Below are positions 1 to 15,200 of a DNA stretch of 38,013 nucleotides, one piece after another. The translations under genes and the position numbers were made by a program. The notes beneath the pieces are model-generated. The model was not told the DNA's origin, ran no database searches, and saw only the letters and a list, made by a program, of their open reading frames with translations. Source of the DNA: Perkinsus olseni (taxonomy: Eukaryota); NCBI GenBank assembly GCA_013115125.1, contig JABANN010000336.1, positions 1 through 38,013 on the forward strand, in the 5' to 3' direction. The stretch's first letter is position 1. The number at the start of each line of letters is the position of its first letter.

Positions 1-75
1 TTTATAATCATTATTAGATTTATATACAATATAGTATTATTAGTAATAAGGTAATATAATATATAAATACCTAGC

Positions 76-124
76 ATTTGCTATTATATATAATTAAATA
101 TAATATAAGTTAACTATAGCAAAT
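76..124. repeat. Short inverted repeat (hairpin)
   Basis: ATTTGCTAT 76-84 / ATAGCAAAT 116-124. Confidence 0.65.
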
Positions 125-2702
125 ACATATAATAATAATATTGAGGATATATACTCATTTATAGATATCTTATAAGTATTAGTATACCTAAATATAATAA
201 TTAGTAATATTATGTAATACCAAAGATTAAATATATATTATTATTTAATAACTAACTAGATATAAATATTTATTAGGATATAACTATATAGATTTAATGT
301 AATATATATTATAATATCTGGTAAATATGTTAGTAATAGTGAGATAAATAATAACTAACTATTAATTATTAGTATAATATTAGATGATATATATATTAGT
401 TAATACAATATAGTTTATAATATAATAAGGTGTTAATAAATAAGGGGTATTAATTACTATATAATAATATATATATCTATTACTAATTAGTACTATATTA
501 TATTAGTGGGCATTGATAAAATAGACTATATTTACTAATAATATTAATAATATATTTATAAGGGTATTTATCTCCATATTAATATAGTATAATAATAAAT
601 GATATTAAATAAAATAAGAATATATAGAAATATTATATATGATTAATTATAAATAGCTTATGATACTGTATTTATTATATTAATAGATAATGTATATAAT
701 CATATAATACTATATATCAATAATAATTAAAGGCCTATATATATATTTATATTGTTATATTATAAGGATTATAAATTTATATAGTTAATATAATAGTAAT
801 TAGGTATAAATATATGTAGTATAGGTATTATTAATATAGATAAATATATACTTATAATATTAATTACAATAACTATATACCAATATAATATAATATTAAG
901 ATTAACCTCACTAGATATATTAGTAATAACTAGATAGAGATATTAATATTATAATTAGTAATATACATACCCATAGATTAACATAAACTAGATATAACTA
1001 GATTTATATACCTAATAATATTATATTTAAATATATACTTTATCTTATAATATACCTCCATAGATATATACATAGATATACTCCATATTAAATATATTTA
1101 TACATAGATTACTAATTTATATATTATACCCCATAGATTTAGATAGCCATGGCACTATTATATTAAATATTACCTTAGATATTATTACTATGTATTATTA
1201 TTGCTATTTAGTATATCTATAGAGTATATATTGTATTATATTAACTAATAATCTATGGAGTTAATAATATCATTAGTATCTATAATATAGGGTATATGTG
1301 GTAAATAGAATATATAATAATAGTTATAATAGTATTAAATAGTATATTACATTATATTATACCACATTATATATTTCCTGGTTTTATCTTAGTATTACCT
1401 ATCTATAATATTATAATATAAACTATATAATACCATATTAGACTATATAAATATAATATAATCTTAGATCTATAGTATAGGGTTTATTAGATAATATGAA
1501 TATTATAAGATATCTTAATTATTAATATAGATATTTAATAGGATAATAGAAATTATATGAAATAAACTAGATAAAATAATAGGTATAATAATATTATATG
1601 AATATAAACTATAGATATTATTAAGAATATTAATAGATCTATTAATAACTAGATTAACATAATATCTACTACTAACTATATTAATTATACTATGGAGGGT
1701 ATTATTTATCATTATATTGTATTTATTAATAGTAAATATAGTAATAACCTTAGCCATGGGGTATAAAATATAATAATAATATGTATTTATATAATATTGT
1801 AAATTATTGGTATATAATATATATATTAGTAATTCTATATCAATATTTATAGGTTTAGTATGTATTAACTAATAGTATGGTATTCTAATATATATATATT
1901 AATAGGTAAATATGGATATAAGTATAAATATTATTAATATGATAATACCTTGTCCATTGATAAATATTATATAATGTATTATTTCATAGTATAGTTTATA
2001 TTATTAAGATATCCTAAATATGTATTTATCCCTATTAATATATAATATAATGTATTATAATTATTAGTAATATCCTATTATAAATAAGTATATATATATT
2101 TAATATGTTAATCTAGTGTGTATAATAGTCTATATAAATCTAGAGGGATAAAACCTACTATATTAATCTATTTATACCTAACCTTAGCATTAGTTTATTA
2201 TTTATTATATATCTATTTATATTCATTATTATACATTATTAGATATGGAGTTTATTAACATATAATTATATAATTATAAATAATAATATAAGGTCATATA
2301 GTTATTTATATCTTAATATATAGTTATCCACAATATCATATAAGTATATATTTTATATTATATTATTTAATACTAGTTTAAAGATTAGAAGATAATATCA
2401 TACAATATATTTATTATTATTAAATACTATACTTTATATATATAATTATACCAATAAGGATATATACCTATAATTACTATTAGTTATAATATAGTATTAT
2501 TATATATAGGTTTATTAATATTATATCTTAGATTTATATATAGTTTATCTTAATTATTAATACCTAATACCTATAATTATAATATATAATAATCTATATA
2601 TATGATATTAAGTAAAATAATATATATTAAGATCCTATATTAAATCAGCTATATTATATAGTTATTATTTATTATATTAATAGTATCATAAACTACATAG
2701 AT

Positions 2703-2747
2703 ATGCATGGCTAACCATAAAGATATATTATAAATAAAGCCATGCAT
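2703..2747. repeat. Short inverted repeat (hairpin)
   Basis: ATGCATGGCT 2703-2712 / AGCCATGCAT 2738-2747. Confidence 0.9.
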
Positions 2748-2902
2748 TAATATTGTATATTTAGTATATATATTACTATGTTATGGTATTTTATGATAAT
2801 ATAGCCTATATATATATAAATCTGTCAATCAATAATCTTATGATAAATATATAGTAATATAGGATAACATATATTATATTAATAATAACTAAATATACCA
2901 TT

Positions 2903-2958
2903 CAGTGCCCACCTGATACCACATATTATAGTATTTAATATCTATTATTAGGGCACTG
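2903..2958. repeat. Short inverted repeat (hairpin)
   Basis: CAGTGCCC 2903-2910 / GGGCACTG 2951-2958. Confidence 0.88.
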
Positions 2959-5900
2959 TAAATATACATTTATATCTCCATTGATAATATTATTATAATA
3001 TAGTGTTTACTATAATAATGGATATATATACCTAAATATTTATACTATTAATAATTCACTATACCTTAAGATATATATTAATACAGATATATTATAGGCT
3101 ATTATTAGTGATTTATACCTATATTTACCTATTTATAATATATTTATTATACCATATTTATACATATTACCTTTATTTATATATTAATAGAGCCCCATAT
3201 AATACAATATAAGATAATTAATTTAATATAAACTTGGGGGCACTTTATCCATATTTATAGATATTATTGTGATTTAATTAACATATTTTATCATAATCTA
3301 TATTCCATAATATATATTTTATAGGTAATACTATATAGATAATAGATATATTTACCTTTATATAATACATAGATTAACTATTTATCAATAATAATATATT
3401 AATAATGTAATGTGGAGCTATAATTCCTATAGTATATATTATATATACAGGGCCAGATATCAATATATTATTATCTAGTTGGGTATCTCAGGTAATATTA
3501 TAGGTTTAGGTTTATTTATAAGTATATAGGTATATAGAGGTATTTATTTAATAATATACAATTAATAGTCTATTTTACTATAATTAAGTTTATATATAAA
3601 TATAGTAATATTATTAATTTATTTAATTATAACTAATTTATTGTTAGTCTATCTTATATATACATAATATATATCTCTTTATATTAATAATATATAAATT
3701 TATGTATAATAATATCCCTATAAATCTAGTTATTAATAAAGGATAAAGATATCTTAAAGTAATATAATATTATAGTTATTAATAAGGAATAATAGTAGTT
3801 AGATATAAATCTATGTATTAATATTACTAAAGATCATATATTATTAAGATTGCTATCATATCCTTATATAAATATATATATATTCCTATTATAGATAAAG
3901 AGTATATTAAAGTATATATTAAGTATTATTTTTATCATTATCTTATATTAGTAATATCTCCATAGTTATTGATACCTATAGTCATAAATATATAATACTT
4001 ATTAGTATATTAATAATAGTTATATACCTATATACGGTATATACATATATATTATATTATTAAGATAGGAATATATTTATAAAGTAAACTACACTCCATA
4101 TATATTATTAAATCATGGTATTAAGTATAGTAATAAGTATAAATAACCATATATATAGTATAATAATATTTAAATTACTAGTTGCCTATATATAATTATT
4201 ACCTAAATATATACCCATATAATGCTATAATATACTAATATGATAAAAATATAGTATTGTAATATCTTAATTCTATATGTATAGTGATAAATATAATATG
4301 TTAGAAATAGACTATGGAGATATAGTTATTAAATCTATATATTATAATCTATTATATATATGTTATTAGTATACCTATAAGTATATATATTATTAGTTAA
4401 CTATAGATATATACTATTAATATTTACTAATGCCATGGTATACATATATATAAAGTAATATAATAATCTATGGCTATTTAATATTATAAGAATAATATCA
4501 GGTATAAATTAATAAAATATATCACTATCTAATAATAAATAATATTATCAATATCTCCATAGTAATAGAATAATATATAAGTCAATGGAGAAATAAATAG
4601 TATTTTATCATGATAGATTTATAGAGTATTAAGGTATTTATATTAATCTATACTATAATATATATTAAGGTATTATAATAATGGATAAACTATATTAAAT
4701 ATATATATCTCTGGCTAGTATTAATTATAACTAGTATTATATGTAATAATATATATGTATTACTTTATCATATTAATATAATGATATATTAGATATACTA
4801 TTAAGATATTATATATAATGATGGATATAGAGTATAAAGATAGATATAAACCTATAGAGTATATGCCATTCTGTAATCATTATTAGGTACTATAGTATAC
4901 ATATTTATAAAGATATTGTTATTATATTATATATAGTTAGATAAAAGAGAGTATATAAATATTAATACTAGCCCTATGGAGATATAAATATAATATTGAT
5001 TAATAAGGATATATAATAATAAGTGATAAAATATAATATCATTAATATAATATATGGTATATTAGGTATTATATATATATAGTAAATTTATCTAATAGAT
5101 TAAAATATGCCTTAATACACTACCTGGATATATATAATATATCAATAAAGGTAGTGTTAGAATATAATATATATTTAATTATTAATACATAGATTACCTT
5201 ATACTAATCTTTACTATCCTTTATTATAATAATCTATATTAATGAGGTATCCAATATTATTAGTATATTAGATATTTATATAAATACATAGGATAATATA
5301 CTGTATAATGATAGATTACTATAATATTAATACTTGGTAATAAATATACTATATTATCTCCTTAATATTCTATATAATAATTTACATTACATTTATTCAT
5401 ATTAAACTATTAAAATACCATATAAATATATTTATTAATCATTAATATTATACTATTTATATATATCTAATAATTAGTGACATTATTATCAATAGGATAT
5501 TACATATTAAATACCAAAGATATTACATAATTATATGATATCAATATAACAATATGAATAATAATATAAGGATATTTATAATATATATAAGTTTATATTT
5601 ATACCTTTATAGTATATTATCCTATTAATAATATATATATAATTATTACATTGATAAATACCTTATTAATAATAGTTAGATAAACTACTTATATATATAA
5701 ATAATCATTAGTATATCTATTAATAATGTAATAATAGTAATATTTATAATAAATATCCATAGTTTATCTCTATAGATAATTATAAGTATATAGTTAGATA
5801 TTTATACCCTATGGATTAGTATATAATATATATTATTATATTACGATATTAATATACGATTATTATTATATTAGATTTACCATACTATATTATATATATT

Positions 5901-6312
5901 GTAATGATATCTAAACTAATGACATATAATATAAATATGAGACTATAATCTATGGTAAAGTATAGTATATATTAACAATAAAGATATTATATATAACAAT
6001 ACCAATATCTCATCTATTTATTATAACTTAATAGACTATATAGTAATAAATAAACCTATATAAATATCTACATATTCATTATATTTACATTAATTTACTA
6101 TATATTTATTTACATATAAAATATCATACTATTATTTCTATATTATATTTACTATTTTATATAAATTTATATACCATATTTTATACTAATTATTATTTAT
6201 AATCATATATTACATATTAATTCATATTTATCTATATAATTCATAACATTATATCTATATATACCATATTAAAGATAATATAAAGTATATAAATATATAT
6301 ATAATTTATCAT

Positions 6313-6371
6313 GTACCAGCACTATTATTATTTATTAGTATATATATATTATATTAAATATGTGCTGGTAC
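6313..6371. repeat. Short inverted repeat (hairpin)
   Basis: GTACCAGCAC 6313-6322 / GTGCTGGTAC 6362-6371. Confidence 0.92.
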
Positions 6372-7778
6372 TATACCTTATGATATTATATAATATGATA
6401 CCTAGTTAATCAATAATATTACCATGGTTATTATACCCTTATAATAGATATTATCAATAGTGATATTATTATATAATACTCCATGGGGTTATAATCCATA
6501 GTGTAATCTATCATATTTATAATGGTATATTAATATTAGGTATAATAACATCATATATATATTTAATTACTATTATATATACTTAATCATGATAATATTA
6601 TATAATAGATTATGTATTATCCTGGTATATATATCAATATTAATATAATAATTATATATGGTTAGTAAAATAATAGATATATTTAGGTTATAATATTATG
6701 TAGTTTACTATAGTTTATTAGATATATAATTAGTTAATATTATTACTATTACCTTATATTATATATTATAGTAATTAATGATATTATATTAGTTTATATT
6801 AATATTATAATTATAAGGACATAGTATTATTTATATATAAATCTATCACTAAACCAATAATATACTATTAATATTCCTTATATATATATAAATCTAGATA
6901 GACTATTTATAAACCTAGTTAGTATAATATCTTTATTAATATATATTGATAGAGTATAGTTAGTTATATATAAATAAGGTATCTTATAAATATATCTTTA
7001 TTAATAGAGGTTAATATAAATAGTATTTAGTATATTATAATCTATAGTTAGTCATCTTAGGATATATATAAAGAGATATTATTGATAGTAATATATAAAT
7101 CTAGTATGTCTATTAATATTGTATAAATATAGGAATAGGGCCCTATATTATATAGTTATGGTATTATATACTGGTATATAGGTTTATAATGTGGCATCAT
7201 AATATAATATTATAAAGGATATAATGTATTATTATTATAAGGTAAATATATACCATAAAATAGACTATAGTTAATATTATTAATGGGATATAAATATATA
7301 TTATTAACTTTATATTGGTTTATTTATATTAATCACTAATAACCATTACTATATTATATGTATTAATATGGATTATATCTAGAATTACTAATATCTAATA
7401 TTATTATAATATAAACACTAATATATAAATAAGATGTTATACTATTATATGAAATCACTATTAAATATATATACTATTATATGGGTATTGATATGTTAGA
7501 TAGATTATATTAATATATGTTACCTTATTATTTATTATATATTACTAATATATACTATAATTTACTATTATATTTACTATATATTTAATCATATCCTTAT
7601 TTATATGGCTATATTATCACTATAGAGTATAATTATTTAATCTAATCTATGTATTTATATTATTACCTTTATGGGATATTATATTAATTTATTATTGTAT
7701 ATATACTAATTATAATATTAGAATACCATATCATACTGTTAATATTAAAGGGCCATAAAGATATTATATTTATTATTA

Positions 7779-7822
7779 GCCATTGCCATATTTATATTAT
7801 ATTATTTATTAAGGGCAATGGC
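7779..7822. repeat. Short inverted repeat (hairpin)
   Basis: GCCATTGCC 7779-7787 / GGCAATGGC 7814-7822. Confidence 0.9.
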
Positions 7823-8395
7823 ATTATTATGATAATATATACTATTATATGATAATATAGGGTATATATTAGTGATTAGATTAATATTGATAATCCTACA
7901 TATTATATTATAAAGTTATGATAATAAATACCTATTTATATAAATATATTAATAACTAATAAATCATAAATATAAACTATTATTATATAGGTATATGGAG
8001 TGTATTTATTATATAATTATCTATGGAGATAATGTGCCTTTGTAAGTTATTTAAGTATATTTACTATATTATATGAGTATTAATTATATGTATAACTAGT
8101 ATTATGTATATATTAAACTAAGATATATTTATTCATATCTATATAATAGGTTATAATTACTAATATGTTATTTATATATTGTACTATACTATAATATTTA
8201 TATATATATGATAATATTATACTATGGTTTAGTTTTATATATATCATAATTCAATCTATTTTCTGTGTGTATTCATATTATTGATTAGTATATTTATAGT
8301 ATTAATAGTAGAATTATTATATATAGTCATTATTTATATATGTATTAACCCAGCTATAGCCTATAAATATAATTATTCCTATCTAAGGTATTATT

Positions 8396-8459
8396 CACCA
8401 TCACCAGTAATTAATATTTATTATAGTATTGTATATAGTTATATATATAGGTGATGGTG
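8396..8459. repeat. Short inverted repeat (hairpin)
   Basis: CACCATCACC 8396-8405 / GGTGATGGTG 8450-8459. Confidence 0.92.
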
Positions 8460-10360
8460 TTAATGGGGCATATATTATTTAATAGTATATAATATCTGTA
8501 TTGGGTATAATCCACTATATATAATATAAATATAACAGTATGGTGCCTTAATCTTAGATATATATTTATATTTAAAATAATAGGTTTATTTATACCTAGG
8601 TAATATATATCTTAGTATTATTATAATGATGTTAATATATATTAATTTAATATAGATAAATACAGTATTATATACTATTTCTATCATATTATCACTACAT
8701 ATGTATTTATTAAAATAATATCTTATAGTACTAAATTCCTATATTCACTTTATTATATAATTATAACTATATCTATGTATATCTATTGTATATAATATTA
8801 TATATAGTATTATTAGATAAATATATCATTAAATACCCTATAATCTATGGAGATTATAATTATATATAGAGTATCTTAATAAATAGTATATACTAACTAT
8901 AATAATATCCTATATATTTATATATGTAATTATACATAATAGATTTATTAGTAAACTATATCTCCATTGGGTATTTATTATATTATATTATAAATATTAA
9001 TAAGGATTATATAGTTAGATACAGGTGATATTATATTATAAATATATTAAATTATCTTATAAATACATATATATTACCTTTATATTATAAATATCTACAT
9101 TATATATATTATTACCATATTATACCTATATAGTATTCTATTAAATATATCTATATCTAACTTTACTATATTTTATTATATATTATTAACTATTTATTAA
9201 TCTATAGAATACTAGGTCATTATAAATATACCTGATATTAGAGATATTATATAGTTTACTTATATATCTCATTATTATATCGATAAGAATAATATCAAGG
9301 ATTAATGATTAATAGAATACTTATAAATCTATATAGTATCTTATTATAATATAACCTTATAAATAATCATTATTAATATTGTATATAAATCATAATATTA
9401 TAATTATAATAATAAGTAATTATATAATATATCATTTATAATATACCTTAATAGATAGTACTATAATATAATTACTATAATATAATATATAGTGGAGATG
9501 AATAATAAGTATATATATGTTAATATAATAATTTATCTATTAGGCCTTATTGTAATTATATATATATATGAAATATAATAATATAATATAGGAATATATA
9601 TAAATATCTATTATAAAGGGCCATAAGGATATATTTATTATTTATATCTCCAAGGTACTATATTATTAAATATACTAGTAATTATACCATATTATATCTT
9701 AGTATACAATATCTATATATAATAAACTAAATATGTATAATATAATAAAATATAGAATAATATAGTCATTAACATACTAATATAATAAATAAATAATATA
9801 GTATTTTATGTTTAATTAATAAATAGTTTATAGTGGATTTAATAATATATTGAATATAATATATAATGCTGGCCTATGAAATATAATATAGTAATATAAC
9901 TAACCATATATCAATATAAAATATACATAAGTTTATATACACTTAATATTAATACCTATTAATAGGATATAGTTAATATAATATAGACATTACAATATAA
10001 TATACTATGTATTATCTATAGGGTATATATCTAGTTAGTATATATCTATGGAGATTAAGTATATATTTATATATACATAGTTATTATATATTATACCATA
10101 TAGTGATTATTAATATAGTTTATACTCTATATCTTTATTTATATTATAACTATCCATAGTTATTATTATATATATTTATACTAATAAGGTATTAACTAAT
10201 AGTAATATTATATGTTATTTTAGTCTATGGCGATATATATTTTATAATATAAATTAAAGGTATCAATAGCATTAGATATATAAATTTAATATAAATTATT
10301 TAATTAAGTCTATATAATATTAACACACTGCTAGATAATCTAATAATAATGATACCTTAT

Positions 10361-10406
10361 TAGGGCACTTTATTATAATTTAATATATATATTTATTGGT
10401 GCCCTA
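10361..10406. repeat. Short inverted repeat (hairpin)
   Basis: TAGGGCAC 10361-10368 / GTGCCCTA 10399-10406. Confidence 0.87.
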
Positions 10407-10417
10407 GATATATTATA

Positions 10418-10464
10418 TAGGCCTACATGTATCTGTATTCATATATTATAATTAGGTAGGCCTA
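10418..10464. repeat. Short inverted repeat (hairpin)
   Basis: TAGGCCTAC 10418-10426 / GTAGGCCTA 10456-10464. Confidence 0.82.
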
Positions 10465-10517
10465 TTACCAGGGACTATATATATTTAATAGTACTATAAT
10501 TATATAAATCTATATAT

Positions 10518-10583
10518 ATTGTATCTGGTTATATTTAATTAGTAATTATAGTTTATTATATATTTAGTAATACCAGATACAAT
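10518..10583. repeat. Short inverted repeat (hairpin)
   Basis: ATTGTATCTGGT 10518-10529 / ACCAGATACAAT 10572-10583. Confidence 0.9.
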
Positions 10584-10635
10584 TAATAATATATATTGTA
10601 ATAGTATATGATCATTAATATAATATTAGTTATGT

Positions 10636-10687
10636 ACACCAGCCATTAATTAAATTATTATATTATACTATATATATAGGCTGGTGT
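10636..10687. repeat. Short inverted repeat (hairpin)
   Basis: ACACCAGCC 10636-10644 / GGCTGGTGT 10679-10687. Confidence 0.9.
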
Positions 10688-12209
10688 TTATTAGAATATA
10701 TATGATAAAATATAATATAAATAATTACTAATGGTATACCTAATATATATCAATAACATATAATATCGGGATGTATAATAGATCTTATAATAATATTAAT
10801 CCCTGGAGAGTATAATAATAAGTATATATATATGTAATTATTACTTTAATCTATAGTTAATATTATAATATTATGATAAGTTTATATTAAAATACATACA
10901 TTAATAATATATCTAATTCTATAGTAATATATAATATTATGTAATACTAACTATTTATTAGTAATAACCTCTCCATAGTATACTATATAGTAATAAATAT
11001 AATATCATAGTAAATATCATATATTAATTTCTATGGCATCTAATATAATATATAGTAATATAGGTATATAATCATAATAATATTAATATGGTTAGAGATA
11101 GATAAATGATATATTATTGACATTATTGATATATGATTCTATACCACACCATTATATATACCATACTGATATTCAATATTATAATATATCCTATCTTTAT
11201 ACTCACTACTAATACATATATATACACCTAATAATATATACTTATTTAGTTAGTTAATATTTATACTCTATTATGATAATAAATCTATGGTGCCTTAATA
11301 ATACCTTATAATATAATAAAAGAAAATATATAGTAAATTATAAATATAGAATTATTAAATAGAAATTAATATGTTATAAATATTAGATAGATTAAAGTAT
11401 TAATATATAATATTTATGGTATAACTAACTAGATAGAGGGTATATATTAAGATAAATATATTATATATTAGTATAATATTAACTATGTTATAAATACCTA
11501 TAATTAAGTATATAGTCTATATTATAATATTAATAATACTAGTATATACCCCATGGAGATAACTATAATATTAGGTAATATAAAGTAATAAATCTATTAA
11601 TAGTCTCCATAGGTTTATAAATATATCATAATTTAACACAATATAGATATAATGTAATAATAGGTATAAGATTTATTAATATAATTATATAAAATACCAC
11701 TAATAATATAATACTCACTATTTATATATTTATACATAGATTTAACTCTATAGAGTATATAATAATGTAATTAATATTATGTATTAATAATATAGGATAT
11801 ATATATATTTAGTATTTATACATAGTAATAATATTATACCATAGTTATATATACTCTATTTATAGTAATAATAGTATTTATAATATATTCCTTTATACTA
11901 TGGATATTAATCTATATTATATTAGAATAAGTATTACTATTTAATTATATATATAATTACTAGGATTATTATTAGTTTAATATATAAATATATTATTATA
12001 TAGAGATAAATATAAGTATTAGACTATATTAAATATATATTCATCTGTATGGTATAATATTACCTATACTATGTATTACCTTTATTTAATATACTAATAT
12101 ATATAATACTAATAAGTAATAGTTAAGATATACAATAATATAATAATATAGACATTAGTAATATATTTATATATACTTTAATATACTATAATCATATATA
12201 TATAATAAT

Positions 12210-12250
12210 GCCCTCTGTTAACTAATATATTATAAATAAATACAGAGGGC
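12210..12250. repeat. Short inverted repeat (hairpin)
   Basis: GCCCTCTGT 12210-12218 / ACAGAGGGC 12242-12250. Confidence 0.9.
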
Positions 12251-15200
12251 TATAAGATCCTAAATATACTAATATCCTATATATGATATTGTATTATACC
12301 CTAGATATTAGATAGTATTAATTATCATATATTACTATTATATATAGAATGGAGATAAAGATAACCAATATTATTATAGATAGTGTATAAATAGTATTAA
12401 TTATATATATAATAGTTAGTAATCTTAAATATGTTATTGCATGGGTATATAAGTTAATATATTATTTAAACCACTATTTATAGGTATATTACTAACTGAT
12501 TAATATAATATGTATATACATTATTATAGGTATTCATTATCAATATATTTACTATTATACATATTATACACTATAATATATATTAAATATGATATTAATA
12601 TAACAATAGTGGTTTTAATCTAATATATTCATATAAATACTGTTATCTAATATATTAATATCCAATATAATGTTATATAGTATTATTTAATATAGATATA
12701 TAACCCTAATTATAATAATATAAAATATAGATATTAAATAGATAGTTATAGAAATAATGATATATAAGATTATTATGAATAGAAATAATATATTATGGAA
12801 ATATATGGAAATAGTGATAAATATTAATATGGTATCATATATAAGGTAAAATATTACTATTATTATTATGAGGTAACATATATGATTATCCGTAGATTAT
12901 GATATTAAATACCGTATTAATGTATTATTAGTTATTTTATTAATATTTAGATTATATTATACCAACTAGATATCTAAATACCATATATAATTACTAATAT
13001 TACCTTTTAACTAACCAGAGATAAAGTCTATTAATAGCCTATATATATATATAAAGTTAATAATACTATCTAATAATAATATTAAAGGTAATACTAGTTA
13101 GTAATCTATAGTTAATAAATATTAATATGATGAGATATAAATACCTTATATTTACTATAATATATCTATTTATAATATATCTAGTTATTAATTATATATA
13201 AACTATATACTATAATAATGCCACCAATAAATATATATATTAAATTATAAACCAGGATTACTATAAATAAATATAGCATAAATTATAATCCCTTCTACCT
13301 TATATAATATTACTAATTACTTCCTCCTTTAATTATAAATATAATCTTAATCTTAATTATATAATATTGTTAATAATATATATAACTTTATTATTATATT
13401 AATATAATCTTATAATTTTATAAATTAATATCATCAGAATATAATGTTCATATTATATACCTTAGTGGTGTTACCATCCTTAAATATAAGTACTTGTAAC
13501 TTACTTAAAATATATTATTATTTATTATCTGGATAGACTATTATATTCATGTTATATTAGGTTATCATAATCTAGGTATTATATCTATATTAGGGTATTC
13601 TATTATTATACGTTATATACCCTGCATACATTAAATATAGATTATAAAGGTTATAAAGATATCATATTGCAGGATATAGATTATTATATTATACGTATTA
13701 TGTAATTTATGATTAGTTTTTATCCTAACTATTTAATAATAGTTTTATTTAATATTGATTTATTTATCTATTAGTATATTTATTATTATACATATATAGA
13801 TTATCATATATTATTTTATACTATTTATTATGATTATCATCATTTTTATTTATATAATATTTATTTAATTTATTAATCATAGTATCTTTAATATTTACTA
13901 ATGATTTTAAATATAAATTATGGTAATATGCATATATTTTATATATAATTAATATTAGGTATACTAATACATAGATTTATACCTGTATTTAGTTATTAAG
14001 AATATAATATAATATACTATAAATAAATATATATAACCAAATACCATATCTCCATTTTATTATAATTATATATATATTAGTTCTATGTATTATATCTAGT
14101 TATAGAGTATCTTAATATCATTATAATCATTAATATTTATACTATTAACTATTAATATATTATAGTAAATAATCATTATATTATACTTTATATTACTAAG
14201 GTATCATTTATATATATTAAACTCACTATTAAATAGTAATAGAATATCATAGTTAGATACCTCTCTATATTATATTAACTATGGTATACCATAAGGATAA
14301 GAATAATATCTATTACTTATTAATCTATCTAGTATAATATAAATATAGGGTTTATAATGATATTAATAGAATTTAATATGTTATGTTTACTATGTATTAT
14401 ATGAATATAGAGAATATATAAAGATATAATTATATAATGGTGTACTATATTTAATAATATAATCTATAGGGTATACTAACTAATATAAGGTATTGATAGG
14501 GTATAATTTTATCACTATAGATCTATATTGCCTTTTATCTCCATACTATATTATAATGTTTATTAATCTCCATAGATAAAAGAGACTATTAATATAGTAA
14601 TAATATATATTATCAATCTATGATTGTGGAGATATTATATAATTAATATTAAATCTTAGCCCTTAATATAGTAAATATTGATATTTGGATTAATAAATAC
14701 TATGGTAATATCATAAAATATAATAAGTTAAGATATTCTATATATACCTATTATTATAAATACCCTATATGTTTATATTAGTATACCAATATCATAAATA
14801 TGTTATAAAATACTATCTAGTAAGTATTAGTTAAAATGGTTAATATATACACTATTATATATACCCTTATAGATCTAAATATAAACATAATTATCTGTAT
14901 TCTAATAAACCCTATATATATATTAATAATCCCTATCTAGTTAGTATACTATTACTTATAAATATATGTATATTAGTTATAATAATATAAGGTATTAACT
15001 ATAGTATTAATATTATAATTACCTCTATTTATATACCATATTAAGATATCTTTATTAATATATATATATTATATTAAACTAACAATATTATATATCTAAG
15101 ATTTATATATATATTCTATAATATAGGCCTTAGATTACATATTATAATATCATTAATCTTATAGATCTCAATATATACCTATATACTATATTATGGGTTT

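Noticed and set aside
972-1140. Local cluster of CATAGAT words and small tandem duplications (also TATGGAAATA x2 at 12794, CTATGG run near 16611)
   Set aside because: Irregular spacing; explained by the genome-wide word bias and slippage, not a distinct element.
1515-1757. 80-aa minus-strand ORF (considered as a cox3 piece because of LFHII)
   Set aside because: No HxxH or WHF motifs; it overlaps background words (CCATGG, CTCCATAG) and is antisense to a purine-rich island. Probably chance.
11112-11140. TAT TGA CAT (YWH) as the cox3 C-terminal motif
   Set aside because: Does not continue as FVxxxW in frame, and the upstream sequence is closed by stops and contains background words.
13320-13510. 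Minus-strand KLQVLIFKDGNTTKVY and IIKGG as rps12
   Set aside because: The two pieces are about 40 codons apart versus about 16 in uS12, and KKPNS and DLPG are missing.
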